From positions 1 through 55,424 of the forward strand of contig JAEEYG010000092.1 of assembly GCA_016291695.1 (NCBI GenBank): a stretch of DNA of 55,424 bases. Direction: 5' to 3'. The notes beneath the pieces were generated by a model. That model did no database searches and was not told the DNA's origin. It worked only from the letters and a program-made list of their open reading frames with translations. Shown here piece after piece: positions 29,202 through 38,367 of the stretch. Both the position numbers and the translations under genes were made by a program. This DNA is from Clostridia bacterium. GTDB taxonomy: Bacteria > Bacillota > Clostridia > TANB77 > UBA1234. The stretch's first letter is position 1. The number at the start of each line of letters is the position of its first letter.

Positions 29202-31556
29202 ATGGCACTATGTATGGAATGTAAAAAGAATACGGCGGTAGTTTTTGTAAACAAGGTAATAAATGGCCAACCAAGTGTTGAAGGCTTATGCTTGGCTTGT
29301 GCAAAAAAGAGGGGTATTAATCCTTTGTCTTCATTAATGAAGCAATATGGAGCTTCTGACGAAGAAATTGAAAATATGAATAATCAATTTGATAATATTA
29401 TAGAGTCTATGGACAATGGAAATCTTGGCGATTTACTTGGTGAGATGCCTACTAGTGATGGTTTACCAAATGAAGGTGGAGATACGCCAGTAGATTCATT
29501 TACAAAAATGTTTGATAATATGATTTCTCAGCTTGGAAATGGTCCTAAGAATGCTAATTATTCGTCAAATGAAGAAGATACAAATGTTAAGACGAATCCA
29601 CGTAATAAGGAAAAAGTTGATAAATCTAAGAAGAAAAAATATTTAGATACATTTGGAACAAATCTTACTGTAAAAGCTAAAGAAGGAAAAATAGACAAAC
29701 TAATTGGCAGAGAGACTGAAATAGAAAGACTAACTCAGATTTTAAATAGACGTTCTAAGAATAATCCTTGCTTAATTGGAGAGCCAGGTGTTGGTAAAAC
29801 AGCAATCGCCAATGGTCTTGCAGTGAAGATTGCAAATAAAGACGTTCCAGAGAAGTTGATTAACAAAGAAGTATATCTTCTTGATATGACTTCTATGATT
29901 GCTGGAACTCAGTTTAGAGGCCAATTTGAAGCTAGAATGAAGGGCGTAATTGACGAGTGCACAAAATTTGGAAACATCATTTTAGTTATAGATGAAATTC
30001 ATAATATAGTTGGAACTGGTGATGCAGATCACTCAATGAATGCGGCAAACATTTTAAAGCCAGCACTTGCTAATGGAGATATTCAAATCATCGGTGCTAC
30101 AACTTTAAAAGAATATAGAAAATATATTGAAAAGGATAGTGCATTAGAAAGAAGATTTCAGCCTATAATAGTTGACGAACCTTCTGTTGAAGACACAATA
30201 GAGATATTAAAAGGCATTAAAGGCTACTATGAAGAATACCACAAGGTATCTATTTCAGAAGATTTAATAAGAAAAATAGTTATAATGTCTGAAAAATACA
30301 TTCATGACAGATTTTTACCAGATAAGGCTATAGATATCATGGATGAAGCTTGTTCAAAATTAAATCTTACAAACAAGGTTTTATCTAAACTTGCTACTTT
30401 GAAAGAAGAATTAGATGATATTAATGCTCAAAGAGAAGACTTAGAAACAATTGATGCTGAGCATGAAGAGCCAAATTATGAAAAGATTTTAGAGCTAAAA
30501 TCAAGACAAAGTGCTTTAGTTTCAGAAATTGCTGAGCTTTCACAGGGAAATTTAAACTTAACTTTAAATATAGAAGACGTTGCAAGAGTTATAGAGACTT
30601 GGACAAAGATTCCCGCTTCTAAGATAACAGAAACTGAGAGCAAAAAGCTATTAAATCTAGAAAACAATATTCATAAAAGACTTATTGGGCAAGAAGAAGC
30701 AGTAACTGCAGTATGTGATGCGATTAGAAGAAATAGGGCAGGCTTAAAGATTAGAAAATCGCCTCCATCATTTATATTTGTAGGTCCAACAGGAGTGGGT
30801 AAGACTGAGCTTGCAAAAGCGCTTGCTTCAGAGCTTTTTGGCACTGATGAATCAATCATAAGAGTTGATATGTCAGAGTATATGGAGAGTCACTCTGTAT
30901 CTAAACTTATTGGCTCACCTCCAGGATACGTAGGTTATGATGATGCCGGTCAATTAACGGAAAAAGTTAGGAGAAATCCTTATTCTATAATTCTTTTTGA
31001 TGAAATTGAAAAAGCACATCCTGACGTATTTAACATTCTATTACAAGTATTAGATGAGGGAAGACTTACAGACTCTCAAGGTAGAGTTGTAAACTTTGAA
31101 AACACTGTAATTATTATGACATCAAATGCTGGCTCAAACTTGAATAACAATGGAATTGGATTTAACAGAGAAGAACAAAAAGAAGTAGATGGAAGGGTAA
31201 AAGAAGCATTAAAAAATACTTTTAGGCCTGAATTTTTAAATAGAGTAGATGAAATTGCCATTTTCCATACTTTATCTAAAGCTGAGCTTCTAAAAATTGT
31301 TGATTTAAACCTTACAAAGCTTTCAAATGAGCTTAAAGAAAGAAATATATACGTTTCTTTTGATAATGACGTTAAAGAGTATATTTTGAATAATGGTTAT
31401 GAACCTCAATATGGGGCAAGGCCAATAAATAGAGCAATCGAGAAGTATATCGAAAATGTCCTAGCTGAAAGCATTCTAAAGGATGAAATTATCCCTAATG
31501 AAGAGGTTTTGTTGTTTATTAATCAAGATAACAAAGTAGCCGTTAAAAGCAATTAG
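29202..31556 (+). CDS. Two-NBD Clp/Hsp100 AAA+ ATPase (ClpC-like short middle domain) with an N-terminal Cys4 zinc-finger module
   Basis: Walker A motifs are GEPGVGKTA and [15 protein letters not shown], with a short coiled-coil M-domain. The N-terminus is CMEC...CLAC instead of Clp_N repeats. Confidence 0.85.
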   Translation: MALCMECKKNTAVVFVNKVINGQPSVEGLCLACAKKRGINPLSSLMKQYGASDEEIENMNNQFDNIIESMDNGNLGDLLGEMPTSDGLPNEGGDTPVDSFTKMFDNMISQLGNGPKNANYSSNEEDTNVKTNPRNKEKVDKSKKKKYLDTFGTNLTVKAKEGKIDKLIGRETEIERLTQILNRRSKNNPCLIGEPGVGKTAIANGLAVKIANKDVPEKLINKEVYLLDMTSMIAGTQFRGQFEARMKGVIDECTKFGNIILVIDEIHNIVGTGDADHSMNAANILKPALANGDIQIIGATTLKEYRKYIEKDSALERRFQPIIVDEPSVEDTIEILKGIKGYYEEYHKVSISEDLIRKIVIMSEKYIHDRFLPDKAIDIMDEACSKLNLTNKVLSKLATLKEELDDINAQREDLETIDAEHEEPNYEKILELKSRQSALVSEIAELSQGNLNLTLNIEDVARVIETWTKIPASKITETESKKLLNLENNIHKRLIGQEEAVTAVCDAIRRNRAGLKIRKSPPSFIFVGPTGVGKTELAKALASELFGTDESIIRVDMSEYMESHSVSKLIGSPPGYVGYDDAGQLTEKVRRNPYSIILFDEIEKAHPDVFNILLQVLDEGRLTDSQGRVVNFENTVIIMTSNAGSNLNNNGIGFNREEQKEVDGRVKEALKNTFRPEFLNRVDEIAIFHTLSKAELLKIVDLNLTKLSNELKERNIYVSFDNDVKEYILNNGYEPQYGARPINRAIEKYIENVLAESILKDEIIPNEEVLLFINQDNKVAVKSN

Positions 31557-31559
31557 AGG

Positions 31560-31588
31560 TTGACAGAATATGGCTTTTGAGGTAAAAT
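31560..31588 (+). promoter_or_regulatory. Consensus promoter of cassette C
   Basis: TTGACA (31560-31565), 17 nt, then TAAAAT (31583-31588). It begins 4 nt after the clp stop codon, with no intervening terminator. Confidence 0.55.
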
Positions 31589-31637
31589 ATGTAAGGTTAA
31601 GAATCTTTCAAAACGACAAACAAAGGAGGATTCCTGG

Positions 31638-32150
31638 ATGAAGAGCAAGATTGACATCCTGAGAAACGTCATTGTGATTCCACATCACGGCTGTGAAGTT
31701 TGTTGCATCCAGCGAGGTCGGATAATTCCACCTGGAGGAATCATTGCAAAGTCTAAGGACATCATCATTTTCCATGAATACACCACATATATCAAAGGGT
31801 ATATTGTGGTGGCACCCACGGACCACAAGACCTCGTTAACAACCGAAGAGAGGGAAATGTACCAGGATTACATCGAGGCTATCATAGCTTTCATGATGGA
31901 AAAAAATGTGGCAGAATCTTTTACCGTCAAAGAGTGCATTGAAGATGGACATATCCGCTTTCACATCCTTCCTGATTTTGAGGGTGTGGACTGGGACCAG
32001 TATGAGGTATCTCTGCTTTCCGAAATGGGACCTGCAAGCCTTGAGAGAAGGGGAATTCAAACCTCATCTCCCTATGAGATCCTTCTTCTCGTTCAGCACC
32101 TCAAGAACGAGATGAAAAAAAAGAACCGGGAACTTATGGTTACTGTTTGA
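31638..32150 (+). CDS. HIT-like (histidine triad-related) protein, high-GC cassette C
   Basis: 170 aa with the RBS aaaggagg. It has an N-terminal CxxC and a degenerate triad, GHIRFHILP, at the position expected for HxHxHxx. G+C is elevated. Confidence 0.45.
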   Translation: MKSKIDILRNVIVIPHHGCEVCCIQRGRIIPPGGIIAKSKDIIIFHEYTTYIKGYIVVAPTDHKTSLTTEEREMYQDYIEAIIAFMMEKNVAESFTVKECIEDGHIRFHILPDFEGVDWDQYEVSLLSEMGPASLERRGIQTSSPYEILLLVQHLKNEMKKKNRELMVTV

Positions 32151-32155
32151 ATTTT

Positions 32156-32197
32156 GGCAGGACTGCTTTATAATAGAAGCGGCCCTGCTATTTTTTT
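32156..32197 (+). terminator. Terminator of cassette C
   Basis: An imperfect GC-rich stem, ggcaggactgc...gcggccctgc, is followed by a T7 run. Confidence 0.65.
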
Positions 32198-32215
32198 ATA
32201 AGATTGGAGTTTTAT

Positions 32216-33394
32216 ATGAAATTAAAGAATAAATATCAACTAATCATAATTATTGCCTTAATTCTACTTATATTTGTCATTATCTTATTCAATATATTAA
32301 GCAATAATAATTCAACATATATATCATACAAAGAATTTAACAAGTACTTAATTAGTGGAGATATAGACTCAGCATCATTAGACGGAGAAAAGGTATTCTT
32401 CAATTTAAAGAGTGCGTCTGGAGAATACTACACTGATAATCCGAGTACAGAAAACTTTAAAGAAACCCTATTACTAAATGATGTAAAACTAGATGATTCC
32501 TTTAATAGCTTTACAGTAGAAGATGCTTTAGATATATTGTTCTATCTTGTCTTTTTTGTATTTATTGGATTTGCAATATATAAAATTACTGCTACATTTG
32601 GTGGTCAAAAGTTTAAAGTGGTAAGAAAGACAAATACAACTTTCAATGACATTTGCGGAATGGCAGATATTAAAAAGGATATGACAAAAACAATAGATAT
32701 TATTAAAAATCCACAAGAATATGAGCAAAAAGGAATTAGGGCACCAAAAGGAATAATCTTAGAAGGACCTCCTGGAAATGGCAAAACTCTATTTGCAAAG
32801 GCATTAGCAACAGAAGCGGGACTAAATTTCATTCCGGCAAAAGGAGCTGATTTTCAAAGCGCAATAATGTCTATTGGTCCACAAAAAATTAAAGCTCTAT
32901 TCAGAAAAGCAAGAAAAAATAAGCCATGCATATTGTTCATAGATGAGTTTGATAGCATAGGTGAAAGACGTTCATATACAGGTATGGGAATTGACAAAGA
33001 GAATAATAGGATTATTACAGCAATGCTAAACGAAATGGATGGATTTGAGGAAAAGGATGGAGTATTAGTTATTGGTGCAACTAATTCATATAGTTCACTC
33101 GATTCAGCTTTAATTAGGCCTGGTAGATTTGATAAAAAGTTTAATATTGGAAATCCAGATAAAAATACGCTTAAAGAACTGCTAGAAATGTATACGCCAA
33201 AGATTAAGCTTAGCCAGACTATAAACAAAGAATCATTAATAAAATGTCTAAGCGGTATATCTTGCTCAGCGATAGAAACACTTCTAAATGAGGCTACTTT
33301 AGAGGCGGTTTCAAAGAATAAGGACGAAATTAGCATAGAAGATATTATTATAGCAGGTAAAAAAACTAATATTATTAATATAAATAAGCTTTAA
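32216..33394 (+). CDS. Membrane-anchored FtsH-like AAA ATPase lacking the M41 protease domain
   Basis: It has an N-terminal TM, Walker A GPPGNGKT, Walker B ILFIDEFD and SRH GATNSYSSLDSALIRPGRFD. The protein ends after the AAA lid with no HExxH. Confidence 0.8.
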   Translation: MKLKNKYQLIIIIALILLIFVIILFNILSNNNSTYISYKEFNKYLISGDIDSASLDGEKVFFNLKSASGEYYTDNPSTENFKETLLLNDVKLDDSFNSFTVEDALDILFYLVFFVFIGFAIYKITATFGGQKFKVVRKTNTTFNDICGMADIKKDMTKTIDIIKNPQEYEQKGIRAPKGIILEGPPGNGKTLFAKALATEAGLNFIPAKGADFQSAIMSIGPQKIKALFRKARKNKPCILFIDEFDSIGERRSYTGMGIDKENNRIITAMLNEMDGFEEKDGVLVIGATNSYSSLDSALIRPGRFDKKFNIGNPDKNTLKELLEMYTPKIKLSQTINKESLIKCLSGISCSAIETLLNEATLEAVSKNKDEISIEDIIIAGKKTNIININKL

Positions 33395-33441
33395 ATAAGA
33401 CATTTTGAGCTCAAATTTATAAATTGTAATGGCAAAATATG

Positions 33442-33470
33442 TTGACATAATTCTATGTGAAAGATATAAT
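33442..33470 (+). promoter_or_regulatory. Consensus promoter of cassette D
   Basis: TTGACA (33442-33447), 17 nt, then TATAAT (33465-33470). Confidence 0.6.
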
Positions 33471-33526
33471 ATCAGCATGGTTTTCATGGTTTTTTCTCAA
33501 AAAAATAATTTTTGGAGGGATGATGT

Positions 33527-33997
33527 ATGGAAGACAGAGATCGCAAGGAAGCTCGAATCCAGCAGGTAATTGCAGAAATCAAGGCACTTCGGAAAATCTT
33601 AGTTAAGACACTACGAGCATACTACATGGGATATCGGGATGCCCAATTGGATCTTGCTGAAACCTGCAGAAACAAGTACACCAAAAGGGTTCGAATTCAG
33701 ATCATTTCAAATGATTACCTTCGTAAAATCCATCACTTAACTGAAGTGTTCGGGGAGTTCAAGATTTTAAGCCCAGGGTGCGTTGCATTTGGTTCTGCAG
33801 AACGGGGAAACTATAAAATCTGCCAGCTTGGGGACTATGACTACTTCAGGAACGCGCTGTGGATTCACGTTGCATTGGTGAAAGAAATTATCACTGACCT
33901 TCGTTTCCGTACAAATTGTGATTTTTCTGATTTTGACAGATATGAAAAACTGCTCAACGAGTATAAGAGACTCTCAAACGAGCTCTATTACAGTTGA
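33527..33997 (+). CDS. Hypothetical protein, high-GC cassette D
   Basis: 156 aa with the RBS ggaggg and elevated G+C. I recognise no motif. Confidence 0.55.
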   Translation: MEDRDRKEARIQQVIAEIKALRKILVKTLRAYYMGYRDAQLDLAETCRNKYTKRVRIQIISNDYLRKIHHLTEVFGEFKILSPGCVAFGSAERGNYKICQLGDYDYFRNALWIHVALVKEIITDLRFRTNCDFSDFDRYEKLLNEYKRLSNELYYS

Positions 33998-34008
33998 CGC
34001 GAAATCTA

Positions 34009-34037
34009 TAAGAGTGCATTTGCACTCTTATTTTTTA
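34009..34037 (+). terminator. Terminator of cassette D
   Basis: The sequence is agagtgc-attt-gcactct followed by tatttttt. Confidence 0.75.
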
Positions 34038-34084
34038 TGTGATAAACTCTAGTTGTTGTATTTATGAAGAGAGGATGAAAAAAT

Positions 34085-34718
34085 TTGGAAATAGATAGAT
34101 TAGTACCAGCAATAGAAGCGCTACTTTTCGTTAGCCGGAAGGCCTGTGACTAAAAAGACACTAGCCGAAATACTTGAAAATACTGAAGAAGAGATTGAAG
34201 AAGCGGCTCAAAAGCTAGAAAACAGGCTAACAGATGATAACTCTGGTATTCAGCTAATTAGAATAAATGATGGGTATGAGCTTTCTACAAAAGAAGCATA
34301 CTACGATATGGCAGTTAAATTATTAGATAATAGGCCTAAACCATCATTATCTCAAGCAGCAATGGAAACGCTAGCTATTATTGCTTATAACCAAAGGATT
34401 ACTAGAGCGGAGATTGAGCGAATTAGAGGTGTTTCTTCAGACAGTGCTATAAATAGGCTGTTAGAATACAATCTAATAGAAGAAGCGGGAAGAATAGACG
34501 CACCTGGAAGACCCATGACTTTTAAGACTTCAGACGAATTTTTAAGGCTATTTGGATATGAATCTATAAATGATATGCCGGAATTGCCTCAATTAAAAGA
34601 AGATGATGGTCAGATAGAGCTAAAATTAGATGAAACCACTACTGAAAGCGAAGAACCTAACATAGAAGAACCACAAAAAACAAATGAAGAATTTACTCCA
34701 GAAAATGTAGAAAATTAG
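34085..34718 (+). pseudogene. scpB: Segregation and condensation protein B with an apparent 1-nt insertion at about 34136
   Basis: TTG 34085 opens LEIDRLVPAIEALLFVS, the canonical ScpB N-terminus, and then hits a stop. Dropping c34136 joins it to GRPVTKKTLAEIL..., the frame of the track ORF at 34146..34718. The rest is typical ScpB (LSQAAMETLAIIAYNQRITRAEIERIRGV). Confidence 0.8.
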
Positions 34719-34729
34719 CATTTTTTTGT

Positions 34730-34758
34730 TTGACAAAGGCTATAAAACGATATATAAT
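34730..34758 (+). promoter_or_regulatory. rpmF promoter
   Basis: TTGACA (34730-34735), 17 nt, then TATAAT (34753-34758). Confidence 0.6.
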
Positions 34759-34822
34759 TTGGTCGTTGACTTTAAAGGGATTATTTTTAATTTATATAGA
34801 TATTCTAAGGAGGGAGATATAA

Positions 34823-35011
34823 ATGGCACAACCAAAAAGAAGATGGTCTAAAGCAAGAACCGGTTTAAGAAGATCTACATGGAAAGTAGAAGCTCCAGGT
34901 TATGTAGAATGTCCACATTGTCACGAGCCTGTTTTACCACATAGAGTTTGTAAGAATTGCGGATACTATGACGGAAAGCAAGTTATAAATAAAGAAGAAG
35001 CAGCTAAATAA
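34823..35011 (+). CDS. rpmF: 50S ribosomal protein L32 (zinc-ribbon form)
   Basis: MAQPKRRWSKARTGLRR... with CPHC...CKNC; 62 aa. Confidence 0.95.
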   Translation: MAQPKRRWSKARTGLRRSTWKVEAPGYVECPHCHEPVLPHRVCKNCGYYDGKQVINKEEAAK

Positions 35012-35025
35012 GGCTGCTTTTTTCT
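34998..35025 (+). terminator. rpmF terminator overlapping the stop codon
   Basis: The sequence is aagcagc-taaataag-gctgctttttt. Confidence 0.65.
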
Positions 35026-35046
35026 ATATTCAAAAGATATAAGGAG

Positions 35047-36360
35047 GTGATGGCCTTGAAAAAGCACTTGATTAAAGAAATAGTAAAAGGAAGTATTGCT
35101 GAGGAATTAGATATAAAAGCTGGTCGCTATTTAATTCTAGTAAATGATATTGAAATAAAGGATATTTTGGACTATAAATACCAAATGTTTGATTCTTTCG
35201 TTACTATTGTTATTCAAGATGAAGATGGTAATGAAGATGAATACGAAATTGAAAAAGAGGAAAATGAAGATATTGGCTTAATCTTTGAAGAAGAGCTAAT
35301 GGACACACCACGTAATTGTGCTAACAAATGCATTTTTTGCTTTATGGATCAATTGCCTCCAAATGTCAGAGACACACTAGTATTTAAAGATGATGATTTT
35401 AGACTATCATTTATGACTGGTAATTACGTAACACTTACAAATTCTGGATATAAAGACCTAGAAAGAATTGTAGGATATCACTTAAGCCCAATTAATGTTT
35501 CTATTCATGCTACAGATAAAGACGTAAGAGCTATGATGCTTAACAACAAAAATGCTGGTAAAATAATGGAATATATCGAATTTTTGACTAAAAATGGCAT
35601 TTACATCAATGCTCAAATCGTACTATGTCCTGAAATTAATGACGGCAAAATACTAGACAAAACAATTGAAGACCTCGCTAAATTTTTTCCTTATGTTCAG
35701 TGTATTGCTATAGTACCAGTTGGTTTAACAAAATTTAGAAAAGGGCTATTCCCATTAAAAAGATATAATAAAACAAGTGCTAGAAAAGTTATTAATCAGG
35801 TGGAAGGTTGGCAAAAAATCCTTAAAGACAAGTATGGTTCTAGAATAGTGTATGTTGCTGATGAGTTATATATTCTAGCAGAAAAAGAAATTCCACCTTA
35901 TGAAACGTACGAAGATTTTATGCAATTAGAAGACGGTATTGGAATGCTAGCTAAATTTAGAAAAGAATTTGAGGATAAGCTAAAACGTTTAAAACCTAAA
36001 AAGGTAAAAAGACAGGTGACTGTCGCAACGGGGAAATGTGCATATAAGTTTTTAGAATCGCTTTCAAAGAAGTTAGAGGACAAGTTTTCAGGCCTTAAAA
36101 TCAATGTTGTACCAATAGAAAACACATTTTTTGGTAAAAACATCACTGTTTCAGGGTTAATTACTGGAAATGACCTCATAAACCAGTTAAAAACAGCTGA
36201 TTTAGGTGATTTTCTCATATTAAACTATAATTGCCTAAGAGAGGATGAGCCTGTATTTTTGGATGATGTACACCTAGATGACGTAAAAAAGGCTCTAAAG
36301 GTCAAAATTAGGCTTTGTAATGGCACAGGAGGAGACTATATTACGAATATTATTAAATAA
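35047..36360 (+). CDS. DUF512-type radical SAM protein with an N-terminal PDZ-like domain
   Basis: It has the CxxxCxxC motif CANKCIFC and a length and architecture typical of this family. The start is ambiguous (GTG 35047, ATG 35050 or TTG 35056) behind aaggagg. Confidence 0.8.
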   Translation: MMALKKHLIKEIVKGSIAEELDIKAGRYLILVNDIEIKDILDYKYQMFDSFVTIVIQDEDGNEDEYEIEKEENEDIGLIFEEELMDTPRNCANKCIFCFMDQLPPNVRDTLVFKDDDFRLSFMTGNYVTLTNSGYKDLERIVGYHLSPINVSIHATDKDVRAMMLNNKNAGKIMEYIEFLTKNGIYINAQIVLCPEINDGKILDKTIEDLAKFFPYVQCIAIVPVGLTKFRKGLFPLKRYNKTSARKVINQVEGWQKILKDKYGSRIVYVADELYILAEKEIPPYETYEDFMQLEDGIGMLAKFRKEFEDKLKRLKPKKVKRQVTVATGKCAYKFLESLSKKLEDKFSGLKINVVPIENTFFGKNITVSGLITGNDLINQLKTADLGDFLILNYNCLREDEPVFLDDVHLDDVKKALKVKIRLCNGTGGDYITNIIK

Positions 36361-36398
36361 AACCAATCTTTACCATATCGGCTCATGATAAACAATTA

Positions 36399-36427
36399 TT
36401 GACATTTGCTAGTTTACATATTATAAT
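36399..36427 (+). promoter_or_regulatory. Consensus promoter of cassette E
   Basis: TTGACA (36399-36404), 17 nt, then TATAAT (36422-36427). Confidence 0.6.
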
Positions 36428-36460
36428 TTCTTATGCAAACTAAATTATAGGAGGGATTCC

Positions 36461-36712
36461 ATGGTAGTTCTTGCTGTGGTTCTTGGGCTTCTTCTTCTGG
36501 CATGCATCTACATCCGATTCTTCTACAACCCGTTTCACAAAATGGTGATTGACAACATCCGGCCGTCCAGAAGGCAAGTACGACAAGTAGCATCCTCAGA
36601 TGAACCTATCTGCTATCACACCATCATGGACTGCGAATCCTGTGGAGCCAGCTACAAATGTAAAAGGATATTTGGAGCAGGCTATATTAGGACAAAAAAT
36701 GACAATCCTTAA
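36461..36712 (+). CDS. Small membrane protein with a Cys-rich tail, high-GC cassette E
   Basis: 83 aa with the RBS aggaggg, an N-terminal TM (VVLAVVLGLLLLACIYI) and then CYH...CESCG...C. The first 60 nt are 47% G+C by hand count, against 17% for the first 60 nt of the next native gene. Confidence 0.55.
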   Translation: MVVLAVVLGLLLLACIYIRFFYNPFHKMVIDNIRPSRRQVRQVASSDEPICYHTIMDCESCGASYKCKRIFGAGYIRTKNDNP

Positions 36713-36736
36713 ACATATCAAATAATTTGATGATAT

Positions 36737-36775
36737 CAAAACAGCCACTGCACCTATGCGGTGGCTGTTTTAATT
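36737..36775 (+). terminator. Terminator of cassette E
   Basis: The sequence is cagccactgc-acctat-gcggtggctgtttt. Confidence 0.8.
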
Positions 36776-36858
36776 TTATTAGTTGTAAATTTATGTTTCC
36801 TGATTTATAATTAATATAGCAATTTTTGAAATTAAATCTATTTGGATGAGGGATTTAT

Positions 36859-37236
36859 ATGAAAAACTATCTAAGCAAAAATTGGAAAAAAATCTTATAT
36901 TTTGTAACAATTATAATTATTGTATTTAACACGGTTAGAACTGTTATGACACCAAATACCATTATAGATGACTACTACAAATACGGCCCAGAATACGTTC
37001 GTGTTAATGATTCAAATGGGAATTCAAATATTAATTCTGAGGAAGTTAAAGAAGGAGTAAATAATGGTATTGGAACCATTACTGATGGTATGACAAACGT
37101 TTTGGTTGACAATACAGGTATCCCACCTGAACTTGCAAGAGGAATTATCGTTTTTACATCCCTCTTTTTAGTAATACTAATACTAAGTAGTGTATTATCT
37201 GGAGGTAGCTCAGCTCAGCCGGCTAAGAAAAAATAA
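36859..37236 (+). CDS. Small two-TM membrane protein, unknown function
   Basis: 125 aa with hydrophobic segments at both ends, native AT-rich composition, and a position directly upstream of pta. Confidence 0.5.
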   Translation: MKNYLSKNWKKILYFVTIIIIVFNTVRTVMTPNTIIDDYYKYGPEYVRVNDSNGNSNINSEEVKEGVNNGIGTITDGMTNVLVDNTGIPPELARGIIVFTSLFLVILILSSVLSGGSSAQPAKKK

Positions 37237-37253
37237 TAATAAAGGAGTTTATT

Positions 37254-38246
37254 ATGGATTTCATTAAAAGTATCAAAGAAAAAGCAAAGAATAGTATAAA
37301 AACTATAGTTCTACCTGAGTCTTATGATATTAGAGTTTTAGAAGCTGCAAGAAAAGTAACTGATGAGGGCTTTGCAAAAGTTGTTTTGATAGGAAATAGA
37401 GAAGAAATCAATAATATTTCAAAGGGAATAAGATTAGATGATATAGAAATAATTGACCCTAAAAATTCAGAAAAACTTGATTTCTACACAAATACACTAT
37501 ACGAACTTCGTAAAGAAAAAGGCATGACTTATGAAAAAGCAGTAGAAACACTTAAGAATAATATATATTTTGGCACAATGATGATTAAATGTGGAGATGC
37601 TGATGGACTAGTTGCTGGAAGCATTTGTTCAACTTCTGATACATTAAGACCTTCTTTGCAAATAATAAAGACTGCACCTAATGTAAAACTAGTATCATCT
37701 TTCTTTGTAATAGATGTTCCAAATTGCGAATATGGGGATAATGGTCTATTTTTATTTTCTGATTGCGGTTTAAACGTTAACCCTAATGCAGAGGAACTTT
37801 CAGAAATAGCTATTTCTACCGCTAATACTTGGAAATCTTTATTTGGAACAGAGCCAAGAATTGCAATGCTTTCATATTCAACTTTAGGAAGTGCTCCGCA
37901 GGTTGAAGGAATGAATGTTAAAGTTCAGGAAGCAACTAAACTAGTTAGAGAAAAAAGACCTGATTTATTAGTTGAAGGAGAGGTTCAACTTGATGCTGCA
38001 ATAGTTCCTTCAGTTGCTTCTAAAAAAGCTCCAGAAAGTAGTGTTGCAGGAAAAGCAAATGTTTTAATCTTCCCTGATATTAACGCTGGAAATATTGGTT
38101 ACAAATTAACTCAAAGACTTGCTAAAGCAGAAGCTTATGGACCTATTACTCAAGGTATAGCGAGACCAGTCAATGACTTATCTAGAGGATGTTCTGCAGA
38201 AGATATTGTTGGTGTAATAGCAATTACTGCTTTTCAAGCTCAATAA
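37254..38246 (+). CDS. pta: Phosphate acetyltransferase
   Basis: 330 aa; motifs are IVLPES.D.RVLEAA and SRGCSAEDIV..IAITA. The RBS is aaggag. Confidence 0.93.
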   Translation: MDFIKSIKEKAKNSIKTIVLPESYDIRVLEAARKVTDEGFAKVVLIGNREEINNISKGIRLDDIEIIDPKNSEKLDFYTNTLYELRKEKGMTYEKAVETLKNNIYFGTMMIKCGDADGLVAGSICSTSDTLRPSLQIIKTAPNVKLVSSFFVIDVPNCEYGDNGLFLFSDCGLNVNPNAEELSEIAISTANTWKSLFGTEPRIAMLSYSTLGSAPQVEGMNVKVQEATKLVREKRPDLLVEGEVQLDAAIVPSVASKKAPESSVAGKANVLIFPDINAGNIGYKLTQRLAKAEAYGPITQGIARPVNDLSRGCSAEDIVGVIAITAFQAQ

Positions 38247-38255
38247 TTTTGATTT

Positions 38256-38283
38256 AAAGCCCTATTTATAGGGCTTTTTTTTA
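38256..38283 (+). terminator. Strong terminator directly after pta
   Basis: The stem is agcccta (38258-38264) / tagggct (38269-38275), followed by a T8 run. Confidence 0.85.
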
Positions 38284-38367
38284 ATGTAATCTTAATCTTA
38301 GATTAATACCTTTGAAACACATAATTGATATAATTTTAATAGATTATTATTATTATTAGGTGATAAT

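Noticed and set aside
32854-33336. A 160-aa minus-strand ORF inside the FtsH-like AAA gene. Similar antisense ORFs occur at 23184-23585, 11253-11594, 35898-36218 and 16590-16895.
   Set aside because: All lie fully inside strongly motif-supported genes on the other strand. None has an RBS or a recognisable motif.
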